Assembly (NCBI GenBank): GCA_000004985.1 | Contig: GG738860.1 | Length of the DNA stretch: 64,000 bases | Direction: 5' to 3' (one strand) | DNA from: Naegleria gruberi | Lineage: Eukaryota | Shown here: one piece after another, positions 32,540-45,314 of the stretch | How the letters are laid out: every line of letters begins with the position of its first letter | How positions within the stretch are numbered: position 1 is the stretch's first letter | Made by a program: the position numbers and the translations under genes | Notes under the pieces: model-generated | The model's database searches: none | What the model saw: the letters and a program-made list of their open reading frames with translations, nothing else | Told to the model about the DNA's origin: nothing

Positions 32540-34928
32540 ATGATGATGATTGTATTGATTGGTTTTATAAATTGTTTTGGAATGATCAGTGCAATTAAAA
32601 TTCCAATGGATGATAATAATTACATGATTGGTTCTGGAATTTATGATATTACAGGACCAGCTGCTGAAGTGGGTTAGTATATTGAATTTATACCAGTTAT
32701 AATATTGTAATAATAATACTTTACAAAAAATAGGTATGATGGGTTATGCTATGGTTGATCAAAGAACAAAGGGTATTCACTTTCGTTTGAGAGCTAGAGC
32801 TTTTGTTATTGCTGAAAGATTAAATCCAAAGAGTAGAATGGTTTTTGTGAGTGCTGACATTTGTTTTGGAACTCAATCAGTTAGATTGGGAGTTGTTCCA
32901 AAATTACAAGAAAAATATGGAGATTTGTACACTTTGGATAATGTTGCTATTAGTGCTATTCACACTCACTCTGGACCTGGTGGATATAGGTTTGTTTCTT
33001 CATTTCAAACTGATTTAATTGATTTGTGAATAGTTTTTATGCAGTTTATGATATGACTACATTTGGATTTGATAATCAAAATTATAAGGCAATTGTGGAA
33101 GGTATCTATCAAGCCATTGTTCATGCCCATGAAAATTTGTCAACTGGTGGACGTATCTATATGAATTCTGATCGTTTATTCTTCAGTAATATTAATCGTT
33201 CCCCAACCAGTTACTTGCTAAATCCACCTGAAGAACGTAAACTCTATGAAATTGATGGAGATACTGACAAGACTATGGTTGTTCTTCGTTTGGAAAATGA
33301 AAATGGAAAGGAAGTTGGTGCCATTGCTTGGTTTGCAGTTCATTGCACTTCCATGAATAATACCAACATGTTTATCAGTGGTGATAATAAGGGTTATGCT
33401 TCTTACATGTTTGAAAAGTATAAGAATGGTAATGATAGCTTCCCTGGGGTTGGTCCATTTATTGCAATCTTTGGTCAATCCAATGAAGGTGATGTTTCTC
33501 CAAACACTGCTGGACCTACTTGTCCTGTAAGTATTGAACATTTCCACAATTATTAACATATGATAATTAGGATGGAATTACACCATGTGCAGCTGATAGT
33601 ACTTGTGAAGGAACTACTCAAAAGTGCACTGGTAAAGGACCTGGTAAGACTGATTATGACTCGACAAAGATTATTGGAAGACAACAATTTGAAAAGGCAT
33701 TGAAATTATATAATGATAAGGCCAATTCAATTGTTTTGAGTGGTCCAATTGACTTTAGACATACTCATCTCAACATGTCTGATATTACTGTTGGTCCAAA
33801 ATATACAAGTACTGGACAAGTTGGAAAGACATGTAAGGGAGCCCTTGGTTATTCATTTGCTGCAGGTACCACCGATGGTCCTGGTGATTTTTCATGTAAG
33901 TTTTTAAAACGATGAGATTATTCTTATATTTTCAAATAGTCAAGCAAGGTGATAACTCAACTAAGGGAAATCCATTCTGGAATTTCGTTTCTAGTTTTAT
34001 TGCTAAACCAACTCCAGAACAAATTTTATGTCAATCTCCAAAACCAATCTTGTTAGATGTAGGATTGGCTCAATTCCCTTATCCATGGGCTGTTGAAATT
34101 AATCCAATTCAAATTATGACTATTGGTCAATTGGTTATTATTCCTGTACCAGGTGAATTTACAACCATGTCTGGAAGAAGGTAAGTTTTTCATTCAATAG
34201 AGCAGAATTGTTTTACACGGCGTTCAAGATTGAGAAATACTGTTTGTAATACATTGACCACTTTAAATCCAAAGAGATTCCCGCCTCAAACAACTCGTTG
34301 TGTCATTGCTGGTTTGTCCAATTCATACACTCAGTATATTGCTACCTATGAAGAATTTCAAGCTCAGAGATATGAAGCTGCTTCCACACTTTATGGACCT
34401 CATACACTCGCAGCTTACCAACAAGAATATGATAAATTGGCCACTGCATTGGCTACAGGTCAACCAATTTCACCAGGACTAAAACCATTGGATCTCTATG
34501 ATAAACAATGGTCCTTCAATATTGGTGTAATAATTGACAGTACTCCTTTTGGTAAAAAGTTTGGAGATTTATATCAAGATGTTGATACTGAAAAAGTTTA
34601 CAAAAATGGAGATGTTATTTCTGCTGAATTCTATGGAGGTCACCCAAAGAATAATTTAATGACTCAAAAGACCTTCTTAACTATTGAAAAATTGAATGAA
34701 AAGAATCAATGGATTTCAATTCTTGTTGATGGTGATTGGGATACTAGATGGCACTGGAGAAGACAATGGTTATCTGAATCTATCTTTACCATTATTTGGT
34801 CAATTGGTGAAACATTCAAAGTTGAACCAGGTATTTATCGTATCCATCATTTTGGTTATTATAAGGATTTGGAACAAAGTGTCTTTCCTTATGATGGAAC
34901 TAGCTCACCATTTAAAGTTGTAGCTTAA
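32540..34928 (+). CDS. ASAH2: Neutral/alkaline ceramidase (ASAH2 family), 6 exons, N-terminal signal peptide, about 715 aa.
   Basis: Exons approx 32540..32672, 32734..32989, 33034..33526, 33571..33895, 33940..34180, 34229..34928. Donors GTTAGT, GTTTGT, GTAAGT x3. Introns 43-61 nt. Phases sum to 2148 nt. Strong matches throughout: GYAMVDQRTKGIHFRLRARAFV; HTHSGPGGY; WFAVHCTSMNNTN; GDVSPN; KTCKGALGYSFAAGTTDGPG; PGEFTTMSGRRLR; YIATYEEFQAQRYEAASTLYGPHTLAAY; GIYRIHHFGY. Signal peptide MMMIVLIGFINCFGMISAIKIP. Confidence 0.85.
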
Positions 34929-35408
34929 AGTGACACTGTTCCAAAAAAATTTAAAAAATAATTTACCACCAATGTAAATATGTAATACCTCACCTTGCAG
35001 CTTAATAAACATGTTTAGAGAATGAGGTTTAACAAAATTATTGTTGAAAATAATCAAATGTTGTAGAAAGTAAGTTCACTCGTTTGATTCAATGAAATTG
35101 AAATGTTCCCTGCTGATCAAACATATCAATCCAACTCTTAAACTTGTTTTAACACTCCTATCATTGTTAATGAATCACTTGTCAGTGGAATAAAGAAATA
35201 TTCAATCCAAATCTATTGCCAAAATCTGAAACCCCAATCGAAGCTGCTTATTAGATGGCACTCTAATGAATTCGAATTATTCTACTATTTTCGAGAAGTG
35301 TTGCCAGAAAAGTTCTTCTTTCAAAAATTTAATTCAATTTGGTTTCAATCATAAACTCATACTGAACATATCATTTGATGGTAATGTACAAAAATTAAAA
35401 TAATTTAT

Positions 35409-37244
35409 TTAATGGAGTGGAAGCTTGTATTCCAAAAGCATGTCATTTTCTGGGGGTATGGCGATCAAAGCACGCAAAATATTTTCAATAGCAGCTCTTT
35501 GCTTGAACAAGGCATTGATAACTGGAGCATTTGGATTGACGAGTGGAGCCTTGAACAAATAGCTCAAAATACTCATAACAGCATCCATCTTACGGAATTC
35601 CTTACAATCAGCAGATGAGAATTCTTGTTCAACAGATGAAATTTCCTTAAAGGTAACTCTTTCCATAAGTTCAGTCAAAACAACCAAGTCGAGCATGAGT
35701 GGAGTGGCCAAAAGTGAGTCTTCACAAGTATTGTGGAGAACAATGGTATTCTTACCACCCATAAAGATTTCAGAAATGTATTCATCCAAAGCACGCTTAC
35801 TGTCACCAACATATGGAACATACTTGATAACAATACAGTGATCTGGAGCATCAGATTGCTTGTTTGGATAGAGGATATCATTGCTCAAAACCATGTCATC
35901 AACGACACTTTGCTTAGAAACTTCCTTAGATCTGAATTGGAGAGGTGAGCTCAAATTCTTACCATCATTGTTACCCAAGTGGTTGTAAGAAGCAATAGAA
36001 GCAAGCTTCAAACCAGCACCAACGAGGAAATCAGCCAAAACAGACTTAATCTTAGTTTGACCACTCTTGAAATCGTCACCACCAATGAAAACACCATGTT
36101 GTTGAGCCAATTCAACAACACCAGGAACGAAAGTGTTTTGTGGTGAACCATTGAGGTATGAACAACCTTCCAAAATAGAAGCAACACAGTACAAAGTACT
36201 TGGTGACACTTCGGATTCGTTATTCTTAATGCTTTCCATCAATTCCTTAGCAGTAGAGTTCAAATTTTCAGAAACCTTACAGAATCTTTCAGTGTTAGCA
36301 GTCCACAAAACAATAACCTTATCCAATTGGTTCTTTTGTTTAAAATCTCTGATATCACTTCTGATTTGTTCCATTTGCTCGAATCTATGAGTAGCCTTAA
36401 CAAGATTGTTGGCTCTATCGTTTTGGTTAGCAGCAATAAAGTCAGCATCATAAATAGCTGGACGTGGCTTGAATTGCTTCAATTCTTCTTCAAGGGACTT
36501 TTGAATTTCAATATCGAGGACCTTAGCTCTTCTACAAGAAGCATAAATATCCAAATCAGAAATATCCCAACCATCTATTCATCATTAGCAATATTATTAA
36601 ATATTTTCATCGTCATCATAACACAAACGTTCAAAAACCCGTGATGGAAATTTAAAAAGCGAATAAAAGTCCAAATTTGTAAAAAATTTCGGGTGCGCAT
36701 TTTTGGCATATTCAAACGTGGTGACAATAAATTCATAGAAATTATTGAATGATACCATTGAAAGATAATTACTTACCAATGAAGAGGTCGTCTGGTGAAA
36801 CCATAGGAACAACATCCTTCAAAGCAGCATAGTGTTGACCACCCATGTGCATTGTGGCAGATTGTGTAATACTTCCGTACCAGTTAGCAGATTGGACACC
36901 TTCCTTTGTTTCCCATTGCAATTTCCTATAATTATTATTAAATGATGACAAGGATTCTAGATAATGAATAATAATGAAAAAACATACTTCTTATTGGCCA
37001 AAATACCAGCAGTGAGTGTGGAACCATTGTTACCACCCCAACCAACAAGCATAGCACCAACTCTACCAATCTTCTTTTCAGTCTTAAATTCGAGATTAAC
37101 AGTCTTTGGTTCAACAACTAATTCAACAGCATCACCAACAGTCTTTGATTCAGTCTTGTTATAACGATAGACATATTTACTTTGGAAAGTTTCTGTGGTT
37201 TCCTTGAGGTTAGATGATTTCACGGTGATCTTCTTGCTTGGCAT
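35409..37244 (-). CDS. INO1: myo-Inositol-1-phosphate synthase (MIPS; INO1/ISYNA1), 3 exons, 523 aa.
   Basis: Exons 36988..37244, 36777..36925, 35409..36574 on the minus strand. Donors GTATGT and GTAAGT. Introns 62 and 202 nt. Total 1572 nt. Near-identity to MIPS blocks: [18 protein letters not shown]; [16 protein letters not shown]; [21 protein letters not shown]; [12 protein letters not shown]; [12 protein letters not shown]; [34 protein letters not shown]; [20 protein letters not shown] 37244 is the 14th codon of the ORF-track entry. Confidence 0.9.
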
Positions 37245-38134
37245 CGTGTATAAATTATATGTGTGTGAGGGTTGTTGAGACAATTCTTTGTGTTTTTCAA
37301 TTATTGCTGATTCATCATTAATGAAAAGGCTTCCGATAGCGACCGATAAAAGTTACAAAAATATTCTTCTTGGACGCGTATGGAAAAATCTTCGCCTCGC
37401 GCCAATGAAACCAATTTGGAACACGCAATTATTGAGGGCAAGACAAAAAAGAGGAACTTGACAATTAAGTGTTCAAACAGGAGGTGGATGGCTATTGAAT
37501 TTAAAAGGGCAATATTGTAAGTGAGGAAATCTTCTTATTGTGTTAGTAAAGATAATCTTTGGTTTAAAAGTTTGGTGGATTTTTCATTTCAGTAATTTTA
37601 AACAAAATGTCTGATTTTAGGGTAGGTTATTTTCGGTTGGTTTAGAATAATTTGAAAATGAAATCTTCTTCTAGTCTTTAAAGCAACATCAACAACAAGA
37701 ACAGTACGAAACTGTTCGTAATGAGGATGAAATTGAACATTCCAAAGTTGATAAATCTCAAACCTCTCAACAACTTCAAGGTTCACAATCCAATCGAAAG
37801 GATTTAGAATCAGAATTGGAGAAATCAAATAAGCCACGAATTGGAGATCCAAATTATCCTTTTGCAAAGTAGTTGATCCTTTGATGTAATTGAAGTGAGC
37901 AATACAATCCCAATTTGATGGAAAAACTCAAATAAATGAAATTAAGAGTTAATAATATTATTGTAAACTATAATTGAAAACGGACTTGTTTGGATTTTTG
38001 CAGAGTGATGAGAGACTTCAATCTCTTCAACAATAAGAAATTTTTGATGTGATAATGGCTACTGTGATTTAAATAATGAAAAAGTAATTTATTGAACAAT
38101 GATTATTAATTTGCAAATTCCCTAATTTTGGTAT

Positions 38135-39310
38135 CTATTCGTCAATTTTTGTTAGTTCCTTTCTAGGAGGTAAATCTTGAGGCATTCTCAAATTCCAAAC
38201 TAATCCCAATTTTTCCATAACCTTGAGAACATTCCATCCAATATCTAGCTCATTGTCCTTAATTGCTAATTTACTACTTCCTGGATAAGCATGATGATTG
38301 TTATGATAACATTCTCCTGCAGTCATAATTTCTTGAATCTTTCTACCCCACAATGATTTCTTTCTCAAGTTGGGCAACGATTCAACATTGTAACCTTGAA
38401 TTGAAGCTCCTTCAACATGATAACTTCTAGATTGTACAGATCCAGAATTGTGAGCATACCATCCAACATAGAAATGTCCAAAAACTGAAATTGAAACTCT
38501 AGCACAAACACCCCAAATCACCCAACCCCATCCACCAATACAATAGAATAAAATAGCATATGGTAATTGTTGAAGCATCCATGTACGTTCCATCCATTGA
38601 ATCACTCTATCCTTTTCAATCTTTTCACCGAGAATTATTTCAGGAGGATGTTTCAAAGTGAGGGAACAACATAGTTGTGAATAGGCATCTTTCCACAAAG
38701 ATTCCTGTTGTCCATAATAAGGATGGCATTGTGATTGACCATTCTTTGGAGCTTGTCTTTGTGCCCAATCTCTCATATCATGTGCTTTCATCATACCAAT
38801 TGGTCCAGCTATTCCCATCAATGTCCCGAGGTGAACCAGAACATATTCCAACCATTTTGGACATTGAAATGAATTGTGTATGAATTTTCTATGCATACCA
38901 AGAGAATGACCAAATAATATGGAAATTCCAGTACTACCAAGAAAAAGACTCAAATTTTCAATCATCAAAGCAGAGTCATACGTGAGAATTGCACCCACAA
39001 GTGCTGACAAGGTCATCCCACCAAACCACAATGCTTTTGAAGGAGTTAGTTTCAACTCACCTTCCAATGCATTACAATCAGGATTGACTGGAATGATTCT
39101 TGGAACTCCAGGTTGATAAGTTGGATGGAACTTGGATTTTTCGCCTTGCACAAATTTTGATTCCAAATTGATTTTGATTGAACTATCATCAGTTGAACTA
39201 TTGATCGAATCAGATAGTACTTGATTGTTATTGATCGAGTAAAATAACCGAGAGAATCTTCCATATGAAAGGAGTTTCTTGGTCTTTATCAACTTGGTCA
39301 ATTGTGACAT
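38135..39310 (-). CDS. Membrane fatty-acid desaturase-like protein (delta-9 acyl-lipid/acyl-CoA desaturase-like His-box family), intronless.
   Basis: ATG at 39310. Hydrophobic helices plus His boxes: GHSLGMHRKFIH (HRxxxH-type first box) and C-terminal HNNHHAYPGSS (the HNNHHAFP third box typical of delta-9 desaturases). The canonical middle HRxHH box is not evident (region MKAHDMRDWAQRQ), so function is uncertain. Confidence 0.5.
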   Translation of the reverse strand: MSQLTKLIKTKKLLSYGRFSRLFYSINNNQVLSDSINSSTDDSSIKINLESKFVQGEKSKFHPTYQPGVPRIIPVNPDCNALEGELKLTPSKALWFGGMTLSALVGAILTYDSALMIENLSLFLGSTGISILFGHSLGMHRKFIHNSFQCPKWLEYVLVHLGTLMGIAGPIGMMKAHDMRDWAQRQAPKNGQSQCHPYYGQQESLWKDAYSQLCCSLTLKHPPEIILGEKIEKDRVIQWMERTWMLQQLPYAILFYCIGGWGWVIWGVCARVSISVFGHFYVGWYAHNSGSVQSRSYHVEGASIQGYNVESLPNLRKKSLWGRKIQEIMTAGECYHNNHHAYPGSSKLAIKDNELDIGWNVLKVMEKLGLVWNLRMPQDLPPRKELTKIDE

Positions 39311-40279
39311 TTTTTTGAAATATTTTGCATGTGGATTATTATTAATGCATCATAATCGCTATTTTTAATAGTGCTTTATTTCACTCGAAATTATCAATAA
39401 AATTCAGTCAATTCAATAAATTTCAGATGTCAAGAATGATTAGAATGATGAGATTTCTTCTTCTTCAGATTTCATATTCAAATATTAAGAAATCTCGCCA
39501 CTTGCAAAACTAAAATTTAGAAATGGAATTCAAGTTTATCCAACATGTTTTAGAATAGAAACTAATCTTTAAGGTACAATGCATCAGATTAGTTTCGTAT
39601 TTTCTTGAAAAACAAATTATCTTATTTAAGAGTCTTTTTCAATATGTTAATTCAAGTAATCTTTCAATTATCATCGTCGAGTTGAACAACAAGATATTTG
39701 ATGATATTTTAGTACACAATCTTTCAATAGTAAAATTACTTTCTAATTAACTTGTTATTAATAGCTAAATGGTTATTGATTGAGGTGAACTCCAATACAA
39801 GTACCAAAATAACCATGGAAACTCCTCAATCTCATCAATTCATTCCTTTTCATTCTCAAAAGCTTCCAATAATTTATTCTGTAGTGTATTATGTATGAAA
39901 CATCATCTTTTCGTAGATGCTCATCCACATTGTAAATATCCTCGATTTTTGAACCCTCACAAATTCTCTCTTTATCGAGGATATTTACAATGTGGATGGG
40001 CGAATACAACGTTGCAACAACTAAAATAGCCAACAATGAATTGAGCGCCAACAATTTTTATCGGCAGAGCCTCACATATCAAAGACAAGACTAAAAAAAA
40101 CCGAATCCTTTTTTCTTCGAAGCGTCATCACATTAAAGGACCTCGACAGAAGTGCAGCAACAACACGGCAACAACTTTCAATAGTCTATTATTGGTTTGG
40201 ATTGCATTTTCATAGAATTGTTTTATTATTTATTATTGAGTGGTGGATTGGATAATTTGTTGTGGAGAAGAGAATTATC

Positions 40280-42110
40280 ATGATGTTATCATTTAAAACG
40301 TGTTGGGGTTTGTTGTGTAGCACCTTGTTGCTATGTATGATGCTTTTAGCATCGGAAAGTTCAATGGTGATGGGAGCCTCATCAAAGAATGTACCATTAG
40401 TGTTTCCAGATCGTTTTGTTGTTAATTTCGATGTAACCAACAGAGATGATGGAGAACATCGATTTGAAGGAACAGCCACTGTCTCTAAGAGGGATGATGG
40501 CCATTCCCATATTAGACTTTCATCAAGCACAATCATCAAGGAGATGGTTAGCTTACTAGGTTCTCCTGAAAAGAGGAAACACGTAGAAAAAACAAAGAAA
40601 TATTATTTTGACTCTACCAAATTTGCATTTAGAGAAGTTGTACATATAGAAGGTTCTTCTCCTTCCTCTAGATTAGTTCCTACATCACCATTCGAGTTTC
40701 ACAAGCTTATAGACACTATTGAAAATGAAAATTATTTAATTCCGGATGACATGCCAATATTTGACATGGCTGTAAACAAGATGTGTCCATCTGTTAGCAA
40801 TTTGAGATTATTAGTATTTTTCGAACATCAACATTATGTTTTATGCTTGCAAAAGTCATCACTCAAAACCATGCCAATCATTTCACATATTATCAATAGT
40901 AATTTTATTGTGAAGATTAATAGATTTATTCCTGTGACTGACGAAAGCCAATTATTATCCCTAAGCGCTGAAGAAGAGCAATTCTTCCCAGTCACACCAC
41001 TTACATTCTCAAAGGATGAAAAGGAAAAGCTCTACTTGACCAAAACCAAAACAGATCCTGAGAAGGCTTACATTTTCGATTCCAAATATTCTTGCTCTCT
41101 GTCTTGGCTTAGAGATGATACTGTTTGTGGATCTTTAAAGAGAGGAGATGTTACTGCCCGTCCAAATAGAACCTGTATCTTTTTACACGGAGTAGGTCAA
41201 TGGCCAAACCAAGCTGGTCCACCAGTGAATGATTTCCCAGATTATTGTAAGTAATCAAGCAAATTGCAACATTTCATTTTAATCATCATTCTCAATTTTC
41301 CAAATAATTATTTCAATAGGGGGTAAAGTTTCTTCCTATACACCACAATGTACTGAGAGATGGTTCATTAGAGAAGAAACCAAATATAGAGGTTGGAATA
41401 ATAGTGAACTTCAACACAGCTATTGCTCATTGTCTTTGTGGAACAATACTGGAACTGTTATTAGAGACAAGATTATTTTCACTCACTCTATGGGTACATT
41501 AATTTTGGCAGCTGGTATTCAAAATGGTATTTGTTCGATTGACAAGGATACTGTATCATGGTATGATGTAATGGGTCCTCTTCGTGGATCTAAGGCTTCA
41601 TTGTTTTTGAAGGAAATTTGTGGTATGTATTTATTCTATTTCAATAATTTATTGAACTGTTAATATTTTACAGTGAGAGCAAACACATGGACAGATCCTA
41701 GTATTTATAAAATTGTAGCTGATGAAGGAGGATATTGCATTGGAGGAAACAGTACTGATGTTTATCCTGCATATGGCACACTAGCTCCTGATTTCCCTGG
41801 AATTCAAGATTTAGTCAATTATACAGCTCCTTATGTAACTGGACAAATGTGTGGCGCTTCTGCATATGGCCTTAATTCTATCTATGCCGTTCCTCTCTTT
41901 TTACTGAGCGAATTGGTTGGTTATGGTCAACCAAATGATGGTATGGTTCCAATTCCATCTTGTCAAATCAGTTCCAATAATTCTCTTCAACCAATCTTTA
42001 ATCAATTGTACTATGAAGTTTCTGCTAACCATGCCGATGGCACATGCAGAGATGGTGATGCTTGGTGGGGAAACTCAAAACCATGCTCTTACTATACCAA
42101 TAAAGTTTAA
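40280..42110 (+). CDS. Secreted alpha/beta-hydrolase-like protein (lipase/esterase-like, GxSxG = HSMG), 3 exons, signal peptide.
   Basis: ATG at 40280; the ORF-track start 40262 is GTG. Signal peptide MMLSFKTCWGLLCSTLLLCMMLLASES. Exons 40280..41246, 41320..41622, 41674..42110. Donors GTAAGT and GTATGT. Introns 73 and 51 nt. Total 1707 nt. Nucleophile-elbow-like IIFTHSMGTLILAAG. Many Cys (likely disulfides). Confidence 0.5.
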
Positions 42111-42533
42111 TGTAAATAATATTAAGTAACAATGTTGAAATCTCTTGTTTTGAGTACTCTAATTCCACTATTGGGCAAACTTGAAATAGGATCTTGGCAT
42201 CAGTAAACATCATCCTCAAATACAACAGATATTGACATGTTCGAATACCATAGTAAGAGAATCACTTACTGTAGATGAAAAATTTGTAGTGCAAGAAAGG
42301 ACGCATTCGCGATTGATATACAGATTACAAAGTCCTATTTTTTCGGCTTTTTTGAGCGCGCAAATAAACAAGGACAATCAAGTCTTTAAATAACATCTAA
42401 CGACGTAATTGAATAAAAATTTCAAAAAAAAAATCTGTAATCGTAACCGTGTGCAACAAACGTTCCTGACCAATAACAGAGATTCTCACACTTCAAAAAA
42501 CAAGAACAATAATATTAAGCTTTTTAACAACAT

Positions 42534-43691
42534 ATGAAAAGAGTAGCAACAGTAGGAGCAAAATTCTGTAAATCCCACAAATTTGTATCATCACCAACAT
42601 CGTCTTTCTCCTCCTTGAGTGATTTGGCTGAACATCATGGCATTATTGAAAGTAGCAATGAAGGCGTCGTGATTCCATCAAGTAACAATGAAAGCTCAAG
42701 CGGATTATCACCTCGTAAATTAAGACACGCAGCAACGTGCGATGATTTATCTAACGTTTTTGAAAATCTATCATTGGAAGATGAAGCAAACACTTCATCA
42801 TCATCAATGGATGATTTGTATAATGATGAAACAATTTCCAGCACTTCCACCTTATCCACAACAACAACCATCACCACCACTACCACTACCAATAACTGTA
42901 CCATAGATTCTAAAGAAGAAGAACAAGTAGAATCAACAATTGCTAGCACTCCAATACCGGTAACTGTTACTCGTTCTAAAAAGACCAGAGTTCAAAAAAA
43001 GAAAGTTACCAAGTCTGTAATACCACCACAATCTGAGGTAAACCAAGGAAAGAAAACTATTGTCCTTGATTTGGATGAAACCCTAATTAAATCATTCTAT
43101 CAAGAGCCTGAAGTTTACGATTTTTCGATTGATATTGAATTCCCTCATATGGGAAATCTTATTCAACAACATGTATATATTAAGAAAAGACCTGGTTTGG
43201 AAAATTTCCTCCAAACTTTAGCTGAGAAATTCGAGTTGATAATGTTTACAGCAGCATTGCCAGTTTATGCTGATGCAATTTTGAAACATATCGATCCTAG
43301 TGCTGAATTATTTTCTCATGTATTATATCGTCACCATTGTAATGGTAGTGGAATGTTCCCAGGAAAAGATTTGAGAATTTTGGGAAGAAATCTTGATCAT
43401 ACTCTCCTCGTTGATGATGGTGTGATGAATTTCCTTCAACCAAAGAATGGTCTTTTAATAAAATCATTCAAGGGAGAAGAAGGTGATAGAATCTTGGCAG
43501 ACATTATTGCTCCATTCCTCCTCCAATTAGATGATCCTGAACTTACTGTTTATGAAATCATTGACAAGTATAGAAAGTTTATTGCAGTAACTGCCACTTT
43601 TGATATGGCAGATGCCATCGAGAGATCCCACTACTCTTACTATCTTAATATTAGCTCAACCTCTAAGACATTGTACTCTGTTAGTTACTAA
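42534..43691 (+). CDS. FCP1/NIF-type (CTD small phosphatase-like) HAD-family protein phosphatase.
   Basis: ATG at 42534. The catalytic DxDxT motif sits in KKTIVLDLDETLIKS. Downstream YIKKRPGLENFLQTLAEKFELIMFTAALPVYADAILKHIDP and RILGRNLDHTLLVDDG match the NIF/Dullard/SCP family. The N-terminus is Ser/Thr-rich. Confidence 0.75.
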   Translation: MKRVATVGAKFCKSHKFVSSPTSSFSSLSDLAEHHGIIESSNEGVVIPSSNNESSSGLSPRKLRHAATCDDLSNVFENLSLEDEANTSSSSMDDLYNDETISSTSTLSTTTTITTTTTTNNCTIDSKEEEQVESTIASTPIPVTVTRSKKTRVQKKKVTKSVIPPQSEVNQGKKTIVLDLDETLIKSFYQEPEVYDFSIDIEFPHMGNLIQQHVYIKKRPGLENFLQTLAEKFELIMFTAALPVYADAILKHIDPSAELFSHVLYRHHCNGSGMFPGKDLRILGRNLDHTLLVDDGVMNFLQPKNGLLIKSFKGEEGDRILADIIAPFLLQLDDPELTVYEIIDKYRKFIAVTATFDMADAIERSHYSYYLNISSTSKTLYSVSY

Positions 43692-43725
43692 TTGAACAAT
43701 AAAACTTGTAACATTAAGAACTTTA

Positions 43726-44307
43726 CTACCGTACATTGTTAATACTCTTCATGAACTCTTCAATAATGGCAAAGAAATTCAGTTTTAAACCACACTCCAA
43801 CTCGTATTTATATTTCTTCTTTTCAAATTCTATAAACTCATAAATAAATTCTTCTTTGATTATTTGGTACTCTGCTAGATTCTGACCTCCTTCTTGAGCA
43901 ATGGAACTTTTCGTTTTAGAGTCAATAAATTCAAGTTCCAAAGACCTGTTGAGAGTTTGGGGATTTTCTATTGGGAGTAGGTTTGTTGGAGTCATATCAA
44001 TACAATTAGTGTATTCTTTTGGATTTTGAGAGGCTATTAAATCCCTTGTTGACAATCTGTTCCTTTTTTTCTTTGGAAATTCAAAAGTTCTTGCCAGATG
44101 ATATTGTACAATGTATTGATGCAACAAGTCAGGATAACTAGCTTCAAAAATTGAGAAGGTTGTCAAGAGCTTGTTATCTAACGATGTTTCGACATTAACC
44201 CTTTCTTTCTTTTGAAATTTCTCAACAATTTTCTTCAGTATGGAAGGTTCTTTTGCTGGTTTCTCCTGTGAGGAACATTCTTTGGTTGGTGATATGATTA
44301 TTCCCAT
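43726..44307 (-). CDS. Hypothetical protein, 193 aa, with an N-terminal MGxxxS myristoylation-type motif.
   Basis: ATG at 44307 (MGIIISPTKE...). Intronless. No recognised domain. Confidence 0.4.
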   Translation of the reverse strand: MGIIISPTKECSSQEKPAKEPSILKKIVEKFQKKERVNVETSLDNKLLTTFSIFEASYPDLLHQYIVQYHLARTFEFPKKKRNRLSTRDLIASQNPKEYTNCIDMTPTNLLPIENPQTLNRSLELEFIDSKTKSSIAQEGGQNLAEYQIIKEEFIYEFIEFEKKKYKYELECGLKLNFFAIIEEFMKSINNVR

Positions 44308-44474
44308 TTTTTTAGTTTGTTATTTCAGTTTCATTTGCAAACATACTTCAATCTAAATATGTGAGTCTAACTTACCAATATTTATTTAACAGAGATTGAC
44401 AATCTTTGAAGGGTTCTTAGGTGAACGAATTGGTCACAAATCCCAATATGTAGAGATAAATCAGATGCTGACAT

Positions 44475-45314
44475 TTATTTCTTCTTGTTGGCACCTTCTC
44501 TGAGTTTTAAAAATAATTCATCAGGATTACTGACATTTTGCTCTTTCATTACATTGTAAAAGTCATCCATTACACCCTCGAATGTTTGGCCAGTTTCGTT
44601 AAGGAAGAATTGTTCCATACCATATTGATTCTTTCTAATGTCAGATAACATACTGTGTTTGAATGTTTCAAATTCTTCCTTTGAGATTGGCTTTGATTTT
44701 GGTGGTTCATGCATTGCTGGCATTGCCATATTTTCCAAATTTTCCAAATTGAAACCTCCAGTCTTGGCAGGGTTAAAATCTTCAGCATTAATTCCCAATT
44801 TAGCAAACACATCATCTGATAAAATCTTATTCATGTATTCTTCCATTTCCTTTCCTTCTTCTCCATCCAACATTTTCATAAATTGTTCAATTTGTTCAGG
44901 AGAATATTCTTCATGAATACCAGATGGTATCGAGAAACCACTTCTCTTTTCAAATTCCTTTTTAATTGAACCAAATTCAGGTGAATCAACAAAGTGAGCA
45001 TTTTCTTTGAAAACCTTTGCCAAATCTTCATATAATTTCTTTTCCTCTCCTGCTGCTTTTGGTTGTTGAACTGTGTCCAGTTTTCCAGTTTGGTCATAGA
45101 CCTTTTTCATTTGTTTATATTTCTTTGCCAATTCCTTTCTCTTTTCTCTAATCTTCTCCTTGATAGCATCAATATCATCACCAGTCAATTCCTTTCCACG
45201 TCTTTTAGCATCAGTCCAAACCATATCCTCATATCCTTCCATTTCTGCAAGATAGGCATTCCAAACAACGTCTTTTTGCATATCCTTCATTAATTCTTCC
45301 TCTTCCTTCGACAT
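44475..45314 (-). CDS. Hypothetical acidic, Lys/Glu-rich coiled-coil protein, 279 aa.
   Basis: ATG at 45314 (MSKEEEELMKDMQKD...). Continuous ORF. No recognised domain. Confidence 0.45.
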   Translation of the reverse strand: MSKEEEELMKDMQKDVVWNAYLAEMEGYEDMVWTDAKRRGKELTGDDIDAIKEKIREKRKELAKKYKQMKKVYDQTGKLDTVQQPKAAGEEKKLYEDLAKVFKENAHFVDSPEFGSIKKEFEKRSGFSIPSGIHEEYSPEQIEQFMKMLDGEEGKEMEEYMNKILSDDVFAKLGINAEDFNPAKTGGFNLENLENMAMPAMHEPPKSKPISKEEFETFKHSMLSDIRKNQYGMEQFFLNETGQTFEGVMDDFYNVMKEQNVSNPDELFLKLREGANKKK

